Shown here piece by piece: positions 24,382-37,439 of a DNA stretch of 64,000 nucleotides (positions are counted from its first letter, which is position 1; the number at the start of each line of letters is the position of its first letter). The stretch covers positions 37,574,001 through 37,638,000 of the forward strand of contig NC_058368.1 in assembly GCF_018350175.1 (NCBI RefSeq), written 5' to 3'. The notes beneath the pieces were generated by a model, which made no database searches, was not told the origin of the DNA, and saw nothing but the letters and a program-made list of their open reading frames with translations. The stretch is from Felis catus (taxonomy: Eukaryota). Both the position numbers and the translations under genes were made by a program.

Positions 24382-25596
24382 TTGAAAACACACATATTAT
24401 GCACACTTGTATGCATACTTTGTCTTACTTAACAGTGTTTTGGAGATCATTCCTTAACAGTATGAATAGATCTAGCATGTTTCCATTATACTGTTTAAAA
24501 CAGTGTATATTACATGGCTATACCTTGAAATAGATCTTTCTTGATTCCGTAGGATTCTGCTTACTCTCTGTTAACATCGGAATCCTCCTTGTCTTCCCTG
24601 TCCTCCCTATTCTCCTCATCCTCCCCCTGTTCCTGCCTATCCTCCATTAGGTCAGTTACAATCTCACAATTCCTCACGGTGACAATAAGTGAAAAGTAAG
24701 TTATTTGTATTTCTGTTTATTGTAAGGCTGATCAAAGCAAGTTATGTTGAAAGAAATTTATTCCACCCAAGGGAATGAAAAAGATATTTTACTTACAGTG
24801 TATTTTTGTGTATACATATGTGTACACACACACCAATAAAGGGAGAGAGATTGTAAGTACAACACAGTGGAGTGTTTTAAAGATGCTTTCCAGAGCAAGG
24901 CAGTTATGTTTTGGTAATCCTGGCTAATGAAGGGAGGCAGGCAGCTATAACCCTCAAGGTTATAAGACAGTGCTCACAGTTTCCACAGAGGAGCATCCAT
25001 GTGGTATATGGTGCCTGGGCGACGTGGACAATGGAAGGAAAACACAGGATATTGACCAAGATGTTGGTAGCTGACAGAATCTGCAATAGCCTTCAGTAGT
25101 CATCAGTGCCGGGAAGAGGCCAGCTTTCCAGTGAAAGAAGTGTTGACCTGTGAAAGTGGTAATTTTAGGGACATTGAGTTTCAAGTAAGGCAACGTTTTT
25201 AAAGCTACTACTCCAGGCACAAATTAAAAGTTGCATTAAAGCAGATTTTTGTCCTAAGAAAAATCACTTGAGTGGATCATTTTTGTTGTTCAGACTGAAG
25301 AGTAAGAAAAATCACTGAAAGGAAAAGAGAAAGAATGTTTTGTGCCTTAGACTTATAGAATTTGGGATACAAAGTGAACCACTTTGAAATCTTTGATTAT
25401 TCCAGGGCCATGATGGTTTTGCATGCAGTCTTCTAGAACTTTTGTAGTTTAAGCTTTCAGTGGAGGTGATCATCCATTTTGAATTCACATATTTCTGCAT
25501 AGTGTGTAATAATGATCAATGTAAGTCTTCTGCCTTGAAAGGTAAGTTATGACTTCCAGTGAAGGGGAAAATATAACTGGCCCACAGGTAAGTAGG

Positions 25597-25720
25597 AGGA
25601 AACATGTATTCTAATTTGCCTGGAACAGTCATGGCTTATGCCTGTAATTTGTACCTATATGTCAACAGTATCAACTTTTACTCTCTAATATAACGCCATT
25701 TGATATTAAGTGGTCACCAC
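25597..25720 (-). mobile_element. MER94-like hAT fragment
   Basis: tttgcctggaacagtcatggcttatgcctgt...ttttactctct...tggtcacc resembles MER94 as remembered. Confidence 0.45.
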
Positions 25721-26379
25721 GACCCACAGACTACCTTTTGACAGAGAGACATAGAGCTGCTAAGTGACATTTAGATTAAATAGTAGGTTGGGTTTAACAA
25801 GTATCATCTGAAACACAAAGAAATTCCCTCCTTTTTATTTTCTGTTCTGTATATCTACTCTTCACCACCACCTATCAATTCTCATTTTTAATGTGGTTAA
25901 ATGGTAATGTTAGAAATAGGGTTGTCATACCACTATCAATGTCAAAAAATTAAAAGTTTTAAAAGAAACAAAAGTAGAATGGGAATCTATTATTGTTAGC
26001 ATTTTCTGTTTATTTTTTGTTTGTTAACAAAAATAGACTTTGATTTGTTTCATCCCTGCATATGACTGTTCTCAGTTAAAAAGAAATAATAGTTTAAGCA
26101 AATAGACTTTGTACCTAATGAATCAAGTAATATTGTGAATTGCAATGTTTGGTCCATCATGGGTAGAAAGCTGGAATCAAAATCTTATTGTAGGTACACT
26201 CACTCCTTGGTTAAGAGTGGTCAACCTATAACCTATGTCTGTGTAACCTTGGACAAGATCCTGAATCAATTTAAATCTTTGTGCACTGGAGATATAAATA
26301 ACCTATGGTTTATAAGTAGCTGTAATGATTGTTAGGAATATTAGTGAATGTAAAATATTTACCAGTATGTGATTTAACT

Positions 26380-27309
26380 GTTTATGTATGTTTGGTATAA
26401 TTAATGATGGGATTTATTTCTGCCATTTTGATCTTTGTTTTGCATAATACATATGTCAATTTTTGGTTTCTCTATTCCCCCAAGTCTGCGTTCTTTTGGG
26501 TTAAATATTTTCTTATATGCTTCTATTTCTGCTGCTTATTTAACTCTTTTGGAGTTATTGTCTTAGTGGTTGCCTGGGGTATTAAAATTAATATCTTAAT
26601 TTAAAACCACCTAGGGGCGCCTGGGTGGCGCAGTCGGTTAAGCGTTGGACTTCAGCCGGGTCACAATCTCGCAGTCCGGGAGTTCGAGCCCCGCGTCAGG
26701 CTCTGGGCTGATGGCTCAGAGCCTGGAGCCTGTTTCTGATTCTGTGTCTCCCTCTCTCTCTGCCCCTCCCCCGTTCATGCTCTGTCTCTCTCTGTCCCAA
26801 AAAAAATAAATAAAAAACGTTGAAAAAAAAGAAAAAAAAATTTAAAACCACCTAGTTTAGATAAATACCACTTAATTTCAATAGTGTACAAAAAATTTGC
26901 TCTAATATACCTCCATTCCCTCCCTCCTCCTTTATGTAGTTATCATACAAATTACATCTTTCTAGATTATAAGCCCATGAATGCTATTTTATAATTATTG
27001 CTTTATGCAGTTTTCTTTTAAAACAGACAAGACTTACAAGAATGCATTTATGTTGTCTTTTATATTTACTTATGTAATTATTTTCATTGATGCTCTATAT
27101 TTGTGTGGATTTGAATTACTATGTAATGTCCTTATAGTTTAGCTTCAAGGACTCCTTTTGGTGTCTGTTGTAGGGAAAGCTTACAGACAATAAATTCCCT
27201 CAGTTTAGTTTATCTGCAAATATCTTTGCCTTTATTTTTGAAAGACAGTTTTGCTTTACATAAGACCATTGTCTGACTTTTTTTCCTCCAGTAATTTGAA
27301 TATGCCATC
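26380..27309 (-). mobile_element. Old L1M fragment (left part; continues after the ERV-L)
   Basis: Antisense L1 body similar to 10850-11700 (caaattacatct..., ggactccttttggtgtctgttgtaggg, aattccctcagttt). Confidence 0.75.
26614..26838 (+). mobile_element. Can-SINE, young SINEC_Fc type
   Basis: Perfect TSD aatttaaaaccaccta 26598-26613 / 26839-26854. Confidence 0.97.
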
Positions 27310-27685
27310 TATGTTGATTCACATTATGTGTCAATTTGGAAGATGTTTGGATGAGAATAACCTTTACATCAGTGAACTTTGAGGAAAACAGATTGCCCTT
27401 CATAATGTGTATGGGTTTTATCTAATCAGTTCCAAGTTTGAATAGAAGAAAAAGACCAGTCTCCTCAAGCACAAGAAAAATTCTCCAGCAGACTGCCTTC
27501 AAACTTCATCTGTACCATCAGCTCTCCTGAGTCTTGAGACTTCCAGCCCATACCACAGATTTTAGACTTCCTAGCCTCCATAACCATGTGAGTCATTTCT
27601 TATAATAAATCTGTTCATATATGTATATGAGGTACACACATACACACATTCTATTCTGTTTCTCTGAATAATCCTAACTAATACA
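27310..27685 (+). repeat. 5' LTR (MLT2-like)
   Basis: Homologous to 32856-33260 (gattgccct.cat.atgtg, aattctccagcaga, accatcagctctcctg, taataaat); ends taataca. Confidence 0.9.
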
Positions 27686-29099
27686 GATTTTGGTACTAAG
27701 AGTAATACTAGAGGAACAAAATCTTAACTAAGGATGAATTTTCTGAATTAGTTCTAGAGTTCCTGGAACTGGATGTCTAATCTGATTAAAGACACTGATA
27801 TCTCTGTTCCTAGTAGTAGAGTATATCCAGGGTGTGATAGGCAATAGCGATACATAAAATATCACCATTGAATACTCTTAATGAAACATTTGTAAGAAGC
27901 AAGGATATGAGTGACCATGTATATGATACTTTCAAACGTTTGTGTCAAACTGCCATTTTAGTTGAATTGGGTAGATGGTACTGATATCACCAGACAAAAT
28001 GGAAAAAGAAAAGGATGAGCTCAGGGATTAAAATTCCTCACTCAAGTGCTGTATAAATGACTTGAAAGCTTCTACATCTGTACCAAAAAATTCTCCTATA
28101 GCCACAGGGCTAAGATTGCTAAAACCAAGCCCCGAAGCTTACCTTGTAAGTGGCTGATCTACAATGCGCATTGAATTCTTAGCCTGACAGCATGTCTAGC
28201 ATTTAAGTGAGGGCATTCATTCAGGAAGGAATGTGATCCTATGTAGAATCAGCACATGTAGAAAGTCCTTGAATGAAGCTGAGGGCATTAAGCCCCTGAA
28301 TTCTGAAGAATCTTTGCCAATAGAAGCAGCCTTTTCATCCTTACATGAGGAGGCTAATCCTACCTTGCCTCAGGAATGGTTTGCTTGGCTTGTTAAACAA
28401 GGGCTGAAAGTTGGCCTAGACTGCATGAGCTAGAAATGCCAGATCTGCTGTGGTTCATGGTAGAAGTGATTCAAAGGCTTAAGGATATTAGAGTGTTCGA
28501 ACGGATTTATCATTTAAGACCTACTCACCCAACTGACAGAAACAAGAAGATATACCTTTCACCATGAATGTAAAACAGTTTTGTAAGGGAAGCCCCAGAT
28601 CCTTGAAGAGTCCTATGATTGCTTTTTTTCTGAAGGATAAACCTTACAGTGGGAACTGTGGTCACTGATCTGGGAAACCTAAATGCAATGGGAGTAATTG
28701 GTTCCTGGGGTGACAGGGTCCAAGTGGTGGTATTCAATGCATGGTTACAGTAATGGATGGCAGAGTCAAAGCAGCAATCAGTGTAGTCAGACCCATGCAG
28801 ATCTAGGGGATTGGTTAAATGACCATGATGTTGCTAGAAATGAAATAGATATAAAGCCTGCTAAACTCTTACCTGATTTATATAAGCAGACAAGTTCTGG
28901 ATTGAATGAATAAAACTCTAGTTTTTATTGTAAAAACAGCAGTGATGGAACCATCAATCAATTCCTAGACTTGAACTAGTTTACAGATCCAGAGTCCCTT
29001 GAATGAAGGAATCCTGGGTTCCCTTGAGAAAGGACCTTGGGTGCACTGCCTAAAGTTTTCTGTTAATCCTTGTCCCAGCCTTTCCAAAAGGAATTTAAG

Positions 29100-31900
29100 A
29101 CCAGGTTAACTGTGTACTGGGGGGAAAGGAAATAATCAAACCTTTTGAGGACTACTGGATACTGGCTCTGAACTGACACTAATTCCAGGAGACACAAACA
29201 TCACTATTGTTCACTCAGAAGAGGGGCTTATAGAAGTTAGGTGATCAATGGAATGTTAGTTTAGATCCATCTCACAGTGGGCTCATGGGTCCCTAATATC
29301 CCTGGTTCTGAAATACATAATTAGAGTGGAGATATATCAGCATCTGGTATAATCCACAAATTGGCTGACTAACCTGTGGAATAAGAGTAATATGGCAGGA
29401 AAGGCCAAGTGGAATCCACTAAAACTGCCTCTGTCTAGAAAAACAATGAACCAAAAGCAATGCCGTATTCATGGAGGGATTGCAAAGATTAGTGCCACCA
29501 TTTGAAGGACGTAAAGATGGTGATTCTCACCACATCTCTGTTCCACCTGCCTATTTTTTCCTGTGCAGAAAACAGATGGATCTTGGAGAATAACGTTGGA
29601 TTATTGTGAGATTAATCATGCGGTAACTTCAACTGCAGCTGCTGAACCAGATGTGGTTTCATAGCTTTAACATATTAATACTTCCCCTGATACCTGGTAT
29701 GCAACTATTGATTTGGCAAGTGCTTTTTTTTTTCACCAGAAGCTTTTTTTTTTTTTTTTTTTTTTTTTTTACTGGAACCATTTAGGTTTCAGCTTACAAA
29801 GCCAGTAATACACCTTCACTGTCCTACCTCAGGAGTATATCAACTCTCCAGACTATGTTATAGTTTAGTTTGCAGAGATTGTGATTTTCTTTCTATTCCA
29901 CAAGGTATCACACTGGTCTATTACACTGATGACATTATGCTGATTGAACCTAATGAAAAAGTAGTAGCAATTACTCTAGAATTACTGATAAGACATTTAT
30001 GTGCCAGGAGGTTAGGAAATAAATCTGGCAAAAATTCAGGAGCCTTCTACCATAGTGAAATTTCTAGGGGTCCAGTGATACATACCATATTGGCATACTC
30101 TTTTAAGGTAGAAGATAAGATGTTGAAACTGGACGCTGCTACAATCAAAAAACAAACACAATACCTAGTGGGTCCCTTTGGAGGTTAGAAGCAACATATT
30201 TTTCATCTGAATGTGTTACGCTGGCCATTTACCAAGTGTCTGAAATTGAGGCCCAGAAAAAGAAGAAGGGTCTGCAATAGATCCAGGCTGCCATGCTCTT
30301 CCCCTTGGGACATATGACTCATCAGATTCAGTGGTGCTTGAAGTATCAGTGGCAGGTAGGGATGCTCTTTGGAGTTTTTGGCAGTCCCCTATAGGTGAAT
30401 CACAGTAGGCCTTTAGAATGTTGGAGAAAGGCCCTCCTCCATAGGTAACTACTCACTTGATGGGAGTAATATAAAGTTGGGTTTGCACAGCAGAAATCCA
30501 TCATCAAATGGAAGTGGTATTTATGAGATGGGTCCTGAGCAGGCCTTGAAGGCATAAGTAAGGTATAAGAAGTGGCCTAAATGTACAAGTTCTCACATCT
30601 GCCATGCTACCTTCTCTCTCTAAACCTGCACTTATGGCCTCATAGGAAGTATATATGAGGCCAAAAGAGGAAAGAAACACTTAGGCCTGGTTTACACATG
30701 ATTCTGCATAATATGCAGGCACCATTAGAAAGTGGACAGCTGTAACTCTATAACCCTTTTCTGGAATATCCCTGAAGGACGATGGGAATAAACCATCTTA
30801 GTGGACAGAAATTTGAGCAGTGCACTTGGTTGTTTAGTTTGCTTTGAATAAAAAATGGCCAGATGTGCAATTATATACTCATGCATGGACTGTAGCCAAT
30901 GGTTTGGCTGAACTGTTAGGGACTTAGAAGAAATAAACTGAGAACAATTGTGACAAAGAAGTATGGGGAAGAGGAATGTGGATAGGCCTCTCTGAACAGG
31001 CAAAATCATGAAGATATTTATATCCCCTGTCAATGCCTACAAAAGGGTGACTGACCTCAGTAGAGGAAGGTTTTAATAATCAAGTGCATAGGTTGACTTC
31101 TATGAAGACAGCTCAGCTTCTTTCTGTAGGTACTCCTGTCTTACTCAATGGGCTCATGAACAAAGTGGCTATGGTGACAGGGATATAAGTTATGCATGGG
31201 TTTATACTCACCAAGGTTGACCTAGCTATGGCCAGTGCTGAGTGCTCTGTCTGCCAGAGGTAAAGACCAACACCAAGTCCCTAGTATGTTACCATTTCCC
31301 AGGGTAGTCATCCAGCTATCTGGTAGCAGGTTAGTTACACTGAACCACTTCTATCAGTGAAGTGGTAATGTTTTATTCTTACTGGAATAAACACTTACTC
31401 TAGGTTCAGAGTTGCCTTTTCTGCATGCAGTGTTTCTGCCCAAACTGTCATTCATGGGTTTATAGAATGTCTTACCACTGTCATGGCATTTTACTCCATT
31501 GCTTCTGATCAAACGACCAACTTTACAGAAAATGAAGTGTAGAAATGCGCTCATGCTCATAACGTTCACTGTTCTTACCATGTTACCCACTATCCTGAAG
31601 CAGCTAGCATGTTAGAATAGTGAAATTGCCTAGGACACTGAGGTGACTCAGTTGGCTAAGAATCAGACTCTTGGTTTTAGCTCAGGTCATGCTCTCACTG
31701 CTCATGGTATTAAGCCCCATGTCAGCCTCACTGACAGCATGGATCATGCTTGGGATTCTCTCTCCCTCTCTCTTTGCCCCATCCATCCTCAAAAGAAATG
31801 AACAAACATTTGAAAAACAGAACTGTAGAATTGCCTTTTGAAGCCTCAGTTATAGCATTAGCTAGGTGGCAATACTTGGTAGACTGAGTCAAGGTTCTAG
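29100..31900 (+). pseudogene. ERV-L pro-pol remnant (protease, RT, RNase H, integrase), many stops and frameshifts
   Basis: GLLDTGSELTLIPG 29149-29190; PVQKTDGSWRITLDY ~29560; YTDD 29922-29933; AWFTHDSA ~30685; QWAHEQSG 31146 and CSVC 31243-54; IASDQ ~31498. Confidence 0.92.
31632..31818 (+). mobile_element. Can-SINE (old) inserted in ERV-L integrase
   Basis: Diverged head, CT tract, tail; degenerate 18-bp TSD agaatagtgaaattgcct / agaactgtagaattgcct. Confidence 0.9.
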
Positions 31901-32064
31901 GAAGCACTGTATATAAAATAGCACTGTATATTTCAGTTTTTAATATACAGTGGTATTTTCCAGTAACCAGGGTGCATGAGTCCAGGAATCAAGAGGTGGA
32001 AATAGTAGTACCACTCACTATTATCCCTCGTGTTTAGTGAAACTGTTGCCTACTTTTCCCACAA

Positions 32065-32330
32065 TTCTATGCTTTGTGGGCCTAGAGGTCTTGGATCCAA
32101 AGGGAAGAATTGAACTGGAAGTTCAAATGGCCACTCAGCTCTTTTGGATTCCTCATGTCTTTGAATGAACAGGCAAAGAGGGAGTTACTCTGTTGGCTAG
32201 GATAATTTATCCTGATTACGAAGGAGAAATTGGACAGTTTTTCTACAGTGGAGGAAAAGTAAAGTATGTGTGGAACACAGACATATTAGGGTATCTTAGT
32301 ATTACCATGCTCTGTGATTAAGGTCATTTC
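32065..32330 (+). pseudogene. ERV-L dUTPase remnant
   Basis: LNWKFKWP..FGFLMSLNEQAK and IIYPDYEGEI (32202-32231, degenerate motif III GVIDxDYxGEI), located downstream of integrase as in ERV-L. Confidence 0.85.
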
Positions 32331-32855
32331 AGGTAGGATCATTAGTGGCCCAGACCCTTCAGGATTGAATATTTGGGTTACACTACCAGGTAAAGAACCA
32401 TGACCAGCAAAGGTGCTTGATGAAGTCAAGGAGAATGCAGAATGGTTAGTTGGAATTGGTAGTTAAGAATACCAGCTGTGACTATGTGACCAATGACAGA
32501 ATCAAGTTCTGTAATTGTCATGAATATTATTTTTTATTTTATTATTAATATGTTAAAGAATATATCTTTGTTTTCTTCCCTCTCTTATTCCCTTACCGTA
32601 TAACAAAGATGTATGCACTTTATATTGTAGTATTTAAGTACTGTTAATTTTATATCATAGTATTTCAGTTATGGATGGAAAGGATAAGAGTGAATGTCAT
32701 TCAGGTATTTTGCATTCTCCTGAAGAGAGGGATGGTGCATTTTTTGTCATATGCAGGATACTTGTACCATGTAAAATAGAAGTATAACCTTGTTATTGTC
32801 TTTATTTGGAAATAAGTATGGTTTAAAGATAAGCCAAATTGACAAGGTTAACCAT

Positions 32856-33260
32856 TGCAATGGTTAATTTTATGTATAAATTTGGAGGGTGTTTTTATAT
32901 AAGATTAACATTTAAGTCAGTGGACTTTGGGTAAAGAAGATTGCCCTCCATGATGTGGGTAAGCCTCTTCAAATCAACTGAAGGTATTAATAGGACAAAA
33001 AGAGTGGCCTCCTGCAGCACGAGAAAAATTCTCCAGCAGAATGCCTTCAGACTTAGTCCACATTATCATCTCTCCTAGGTGTCTGCCTGTTAGCCTTCAG
33101 TCTGGCACTGCACCATCAGCTCTCCTGGTCTCAAGTTTGTTGGCCCACACTGCAGATTTTAAATTTCTCAGCATCCATTGTCACGTGAGTCAATTCTTTA
33201 TAATAAATAAATGCACACATTTTGTTGATTCTATCTCTCTGGAGAACCATGGCTAATGCA
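32856..33260 (+). repeat. 3' LTR (MLT2-like)
   Basis: Starts tgcaatggttaattttatgt after gccaaattgacaagg; ends ggagaaccatggctaatgca. Confidence 0.9.
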
Positions 33261-35990
33261 CCAACTCATTTCCTTTATTGTTTCTGATGAGATGTTAGCT
33301 GTAAATCTTATTGGGGTTCACTTGTATGTGATAAGACCTTGTTCTTTTGCTGTTCTTCCAAAGGGAAGAATTGAACTGGAAGATTCAAGATTGTCTTTGA
33401 TATTTCAAGACTGTCTTTGATATTTTTCCCAATGTTCTTACCATGTGTCTCTTTTTGGATTTCTCTGAGCTTATCCTACTTTTTGGATGTTTAGATTAGT
33501 ATTTTCTAATCAATTTAGGAAGCGTTTGACCATTGTATCTTCAAATAGTCTTTCTGAGACTTTCTTTTCTCTCAGGATGAGCCTTGTAAAATGCTTATGT
33601 TGCTATGCTTAATGATGTCTCAAAGATCCCTTAGGCTTGTTCATTTTTTTTTTTTCCATTGTGTCTCTTTCTGTTTCTGGAACTAGATCATTTTCACTGG
33701 CTTGTCTTCATTTTCACTGATTCTTTCTTCTATCTGTTCAAATCTGTCATTGTGCTACTGTGGTGAATTAATTCATTTATTATGCTTTTTACCTCTGGAA
33801 TGTCTGTTTAATATTTATGATTTCTTTCTTTTTATTGATATTCTCTAGTTTAATGCACCATCATTCTCATATGTTCCTTTAATTTTTTATACATGGTTTA
33901 AAAAATTTTAAATGTATTTCTAAGAGTTGATTTAAGCTACCTATTAAGTCTAATATCTGCTCTTTTGAACAGTCTTTTCATTACATCTTTTTGAAAAAGC
34001 TGAAATTATGTGGTTCTAAATATGTGTATATATTTATATGATTTGTATATATAGTAATATAATTACATTGAGATATATCTGGTAAATATAGTAGGCATTA
34101 ATATATAATATACACAAAAGATACATATAAAATTCACTGTTTATTCAATTGGAAAGTTTCCTTTTAAAAGTTTGGAATATTCTTCCTGTATCTTTAAACT
34201 GATATTTGAAATTTGTAGCCTGAAGTCTGCTGTCGCCAGAGAACTATTTATTTGTTCAGAGTTTCTCTAGGTAACATTTTACTGCTTTATTTTACAAATT
34301 TAGAGGTCAATTTGGTGTATTTTTAAAATCTCATGGATTTTGAGTGTATCATAAGCTGCATAAGACGTTTCATTCTGACAACCTACTGATGCTTGTGCTA
34401 AAGTCTCAGTAAGCATATTTTTCCAAGAAATTTTATTATTTCCAAGTGTCAGAACCCCAATTAAAACTAGCCTAAGGGGAGGAAAAAAGCTCATGTAACT
34501 GAAAAAGACAGAAGCATCAACTTCAGGCCCAGCTGGATCCAGGTGTCCAAACAATGGCCAAGGATCTGTTGTTTTTTCATCTCCATTAGCTTCACAATCT
34601 CAGACAATCCCTTGTCTCACCTTTAGTAGCCCCAGAATCCTCTAAACTTAGCTGCTCCAAGAAAATAAACTTCTTAATTGGCTTGACTTGGATCATGTGC
34701 CTATCCCTGAAGAAATCACTGAGGCCAAGGACATGAAATGCTCTGATTGGCAGGCCTGGGTCATGGTCTTCCCCCTGGAGCAGAAGGGATCGGGCCCGCT
34801 AGAATTAAATGGACTCAGAATTGTGGTGGGGAGAAGGGTCTCTCCCACAAAAATTAAGGTGCCCTCAGGGACAGTTTTTAATGAGAACTTTTATTACTGT
34901 CATTATGGACCATAATTTTATGTTTGTCTGCATGTCTCATAATTTTGATGTAAAATCAACATTTAAAAATAATATAATGTGACAATTCTGGAAAACAGAG
35001 TCCCCTGTCAGCCTCCTTAAGGTCTGTTGTTGTTACTGTTTTTTTGTATTGTTTTGTCTTATTTTCTAGTGACCTTCCTGATCTAATTTTGCAAAGTGTG
35101 TGCTCTTTCTTGTATGTAGCCACTGAAGTATATGTTTGATTAGCTTAGTTACTGGCTAAAAATTAGATTTAAAAAAAAAATGCCTTGAACCTATATGTCT
35201 CCTGGTCTTTCTTGAGGGGCTCTATGTGTTTAGCCATGTACTTTCCTCATTCCAGAAGATAGTTTATAGCTTCACCTCAGCTTTCATTTGCTTCTTGCAC
35301 AGAGCCTCAATGTCAGCCAGAAAGAGAGATTAAGATTTTCTTGGTTCATTCCTGAGAATACACACGGTTCTGGACGTGCTTTTGGAATTATAGATTCCTA
35401 GGAACATGTTGGAGCCTTATAAAGCTCCTCATGGACATCTCATTTCCCAACTTTTCTTTTCAGTTTTTGGTCATTTGGGAAACTGGTAATGCAGTATTAA
35501 ACCATTTCTCCTGACTGTATTCATCAAGCAATCTGGTGATAAGGCTGTTCAAATAGAGGCAAGCTCTGAGTCAGGTAAAACAAGCCCTGAGAAACAAGCT
35601 TTATGGCAGGCAACCAGGGAACTTTAATAGTGATAATTCTCTGGGAACTTAGATTTAGTGAGAATTCCAGATCCTTTTGCCTCTTTCAGTGGCTTCCTGG
35701 CTTCAGGTTTTCACAGCTACTTCATTTACTGGGCTATAAGTAATCAAGTCTTCAATGGAGCTGGGAAGAATGGATGAAATTAAGTCAAATTAAATGCTAT
35801 GAATCTGTTACCTAGACAGCTATTTTTCTTGAATAAATATTCTCAAAACTTTGGGGATCCTTTAATTCAAGAATTCTGAAAGTTTTGATTTTGATAAATT
35901 TTGTCGGTATTGCTTTTATTGAGATGTGGGTTTTCAGAGGTTTTTCCTCCCATTCTGGAAGTCTTTCCCTTCCCCTATCAATCTTCCTTT
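33261..35990 (-). mobile_element. Old L1M continuation (fragments), interrupted ~33970-34860
   Basis: tttctgatgagatgttagctgtaaatcttatt..cttgtatgtgat continues the L1 broken at 27309; further L1 5'-region-like sequence 34870-35990. Confidence 0.65.
34430..34865 (-). mobile_element. MLT1 (J/K/L-like) LTR
   Basis: gctcatgtaactgaaaa..cttcaggcccagctggatccagg; ttggatcatgtgcctatccctgaa..aatcactgaggccaagg..ctctgattggcaggcctgggtcatg. Confidence 0.7.
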
Positions 35991-37439
35991 CCTGTAAATA
36001 GTTACTCCAGAAATGCAATCATTCATAAAGTCCTTCATTTCCTTTTATAAGTTCTAACTATTTACTTTCTTTTTATTCACATTACCACTGTTAGAAAGCC
36101 AATTGTCATGCACACTATAAATTATCTACATATTGTATGCAGCCTTTTTTCCTAAAATACTAAGTATTTCTTCACTATAAGCAACAATTATTTCCCCTTA
36201 TTTAATGATAAAACATAAGAAAAAATTATCCTGGAATTGAAGACTAAAATTTTCTGACCCTACTTATCTCTCAGTGCATGTACTACTGATTATCTCAAGA
36301 CTGTGGAAATAAATTAGAATATGAATTTGACTTCTGATTTTAATTTTTGTAAAATAACACAGTTAGGATTAGTAATGTTCTGTCAGTTGCGATATAATAA
36401 AGAATACCTAGACTGAATTCACCAAATGGGTGAATATTTAAACATTGGGCAGACATTTTGGGTTCTCTGGTCCTGTTATTAGAGTGTCAGTGTGTGTAGT
36501 AATACTGTTGTAAAGACCAATGATCAAACAAGATTAGATATGAAACACAACTCAAATGTCAGTTGGTGCTATTTGCTACATGTTACATATTCTAAAAAAG
36601 ATTTATAAGCATATTTTTCTTGGAAACTCATTATCTTCCAAGTCAAATAAGACAGCCAAGGGCGTTATAACAGTTTAATGGGAGAATCTCATACTGTGCC
36701 CTTAGGAAAGGGTAACTGGGATATAAGTGATGTAAAATCGCTTGCAACATATATGGTTTTTTTTTCTGTGTTCTCATATAGCAAAGTGGTAAGCTGCATT
36801 CACCCCTGAAAATGAAGAGTGAATGGGCAAACATTTATCAACGTTTATATAGCCATTTTCCAAGCAAGAATGATTATGTTTCTGTCTGCCAAATCTGAAT
36901 ATTTCAAGACTAATTTTACTTTAAAGCAGTTTATCAGGATTCTTCATGGTGTAAATGAAATATACCTTCAAAAATCTGATAGCTTTCACCCAATATCCAG
37001 TCTGGACTTTTCTCTCACAGTAATTGAATGCCTGCTATTTAGATGAGCATATGGCAATGTAGAATAAAGTCTAATTTACCTTTATTAATAATCTCTTCCT
37101 CTGAATGTAGGTTTATGACATGATATTGTGGTTATTATTTTATTTCTAAAGCATCCAAATGCTTGGGAAGAATTATGTGGTTTCTGAGAAATAGAGGATT
37201 CCCAGGAAATAGACAACATTTATATTACTAGAATTTCTATGGTAATTGTGTCTTCCTTAAGATCACCAGAGAAAGGGAATTAAAGTAACAACCTACGCAG
37301 CAACACTTGAGTAGTTTCATGTAGTGTAGTGTAGTACTTAGATGTAGTGTGTCAAACAAATTAAAGACCCTTACAGCCCCTTTTCTCAAGCTGGCTATCT
37401 TTCCACATTTTTTTATTATCATTGTATAACACTACCATC

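Larger units (their letters stand above)
27310..33260 (+). mobile_element. ERV-L (class III, HERVL/MLT2-type) provirus with both LTRs, decayed
   Basis: 5' LTR 27310-27685, internal start gattttggtact.., pro/pol/dUTPase remnants, 3' LTR 32856-33260; 5-bp TSD ccatc/ccaac. Confidence 0.95.

Noticed and set aside
24183..24533. Cluster of overlapping ORFs rich in Y/I/T/H/V/C
   Set aside because: Dinucleotide microsatellite translations.
24904..25220. GC-richer block with overlapping ORFs, possible coding exon
   Set aside because: All + frames hit stops shortly after the candidate acceptor; no recognisable protein in either direction.
27686..32855. Domesticated ERV-L gag or pol gene (Fv1-like)
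   Set aside because: Longest ERV-frame ORFs are under 90 aa, catalytic motifs are mutated and a SINE interrupts the integrase.
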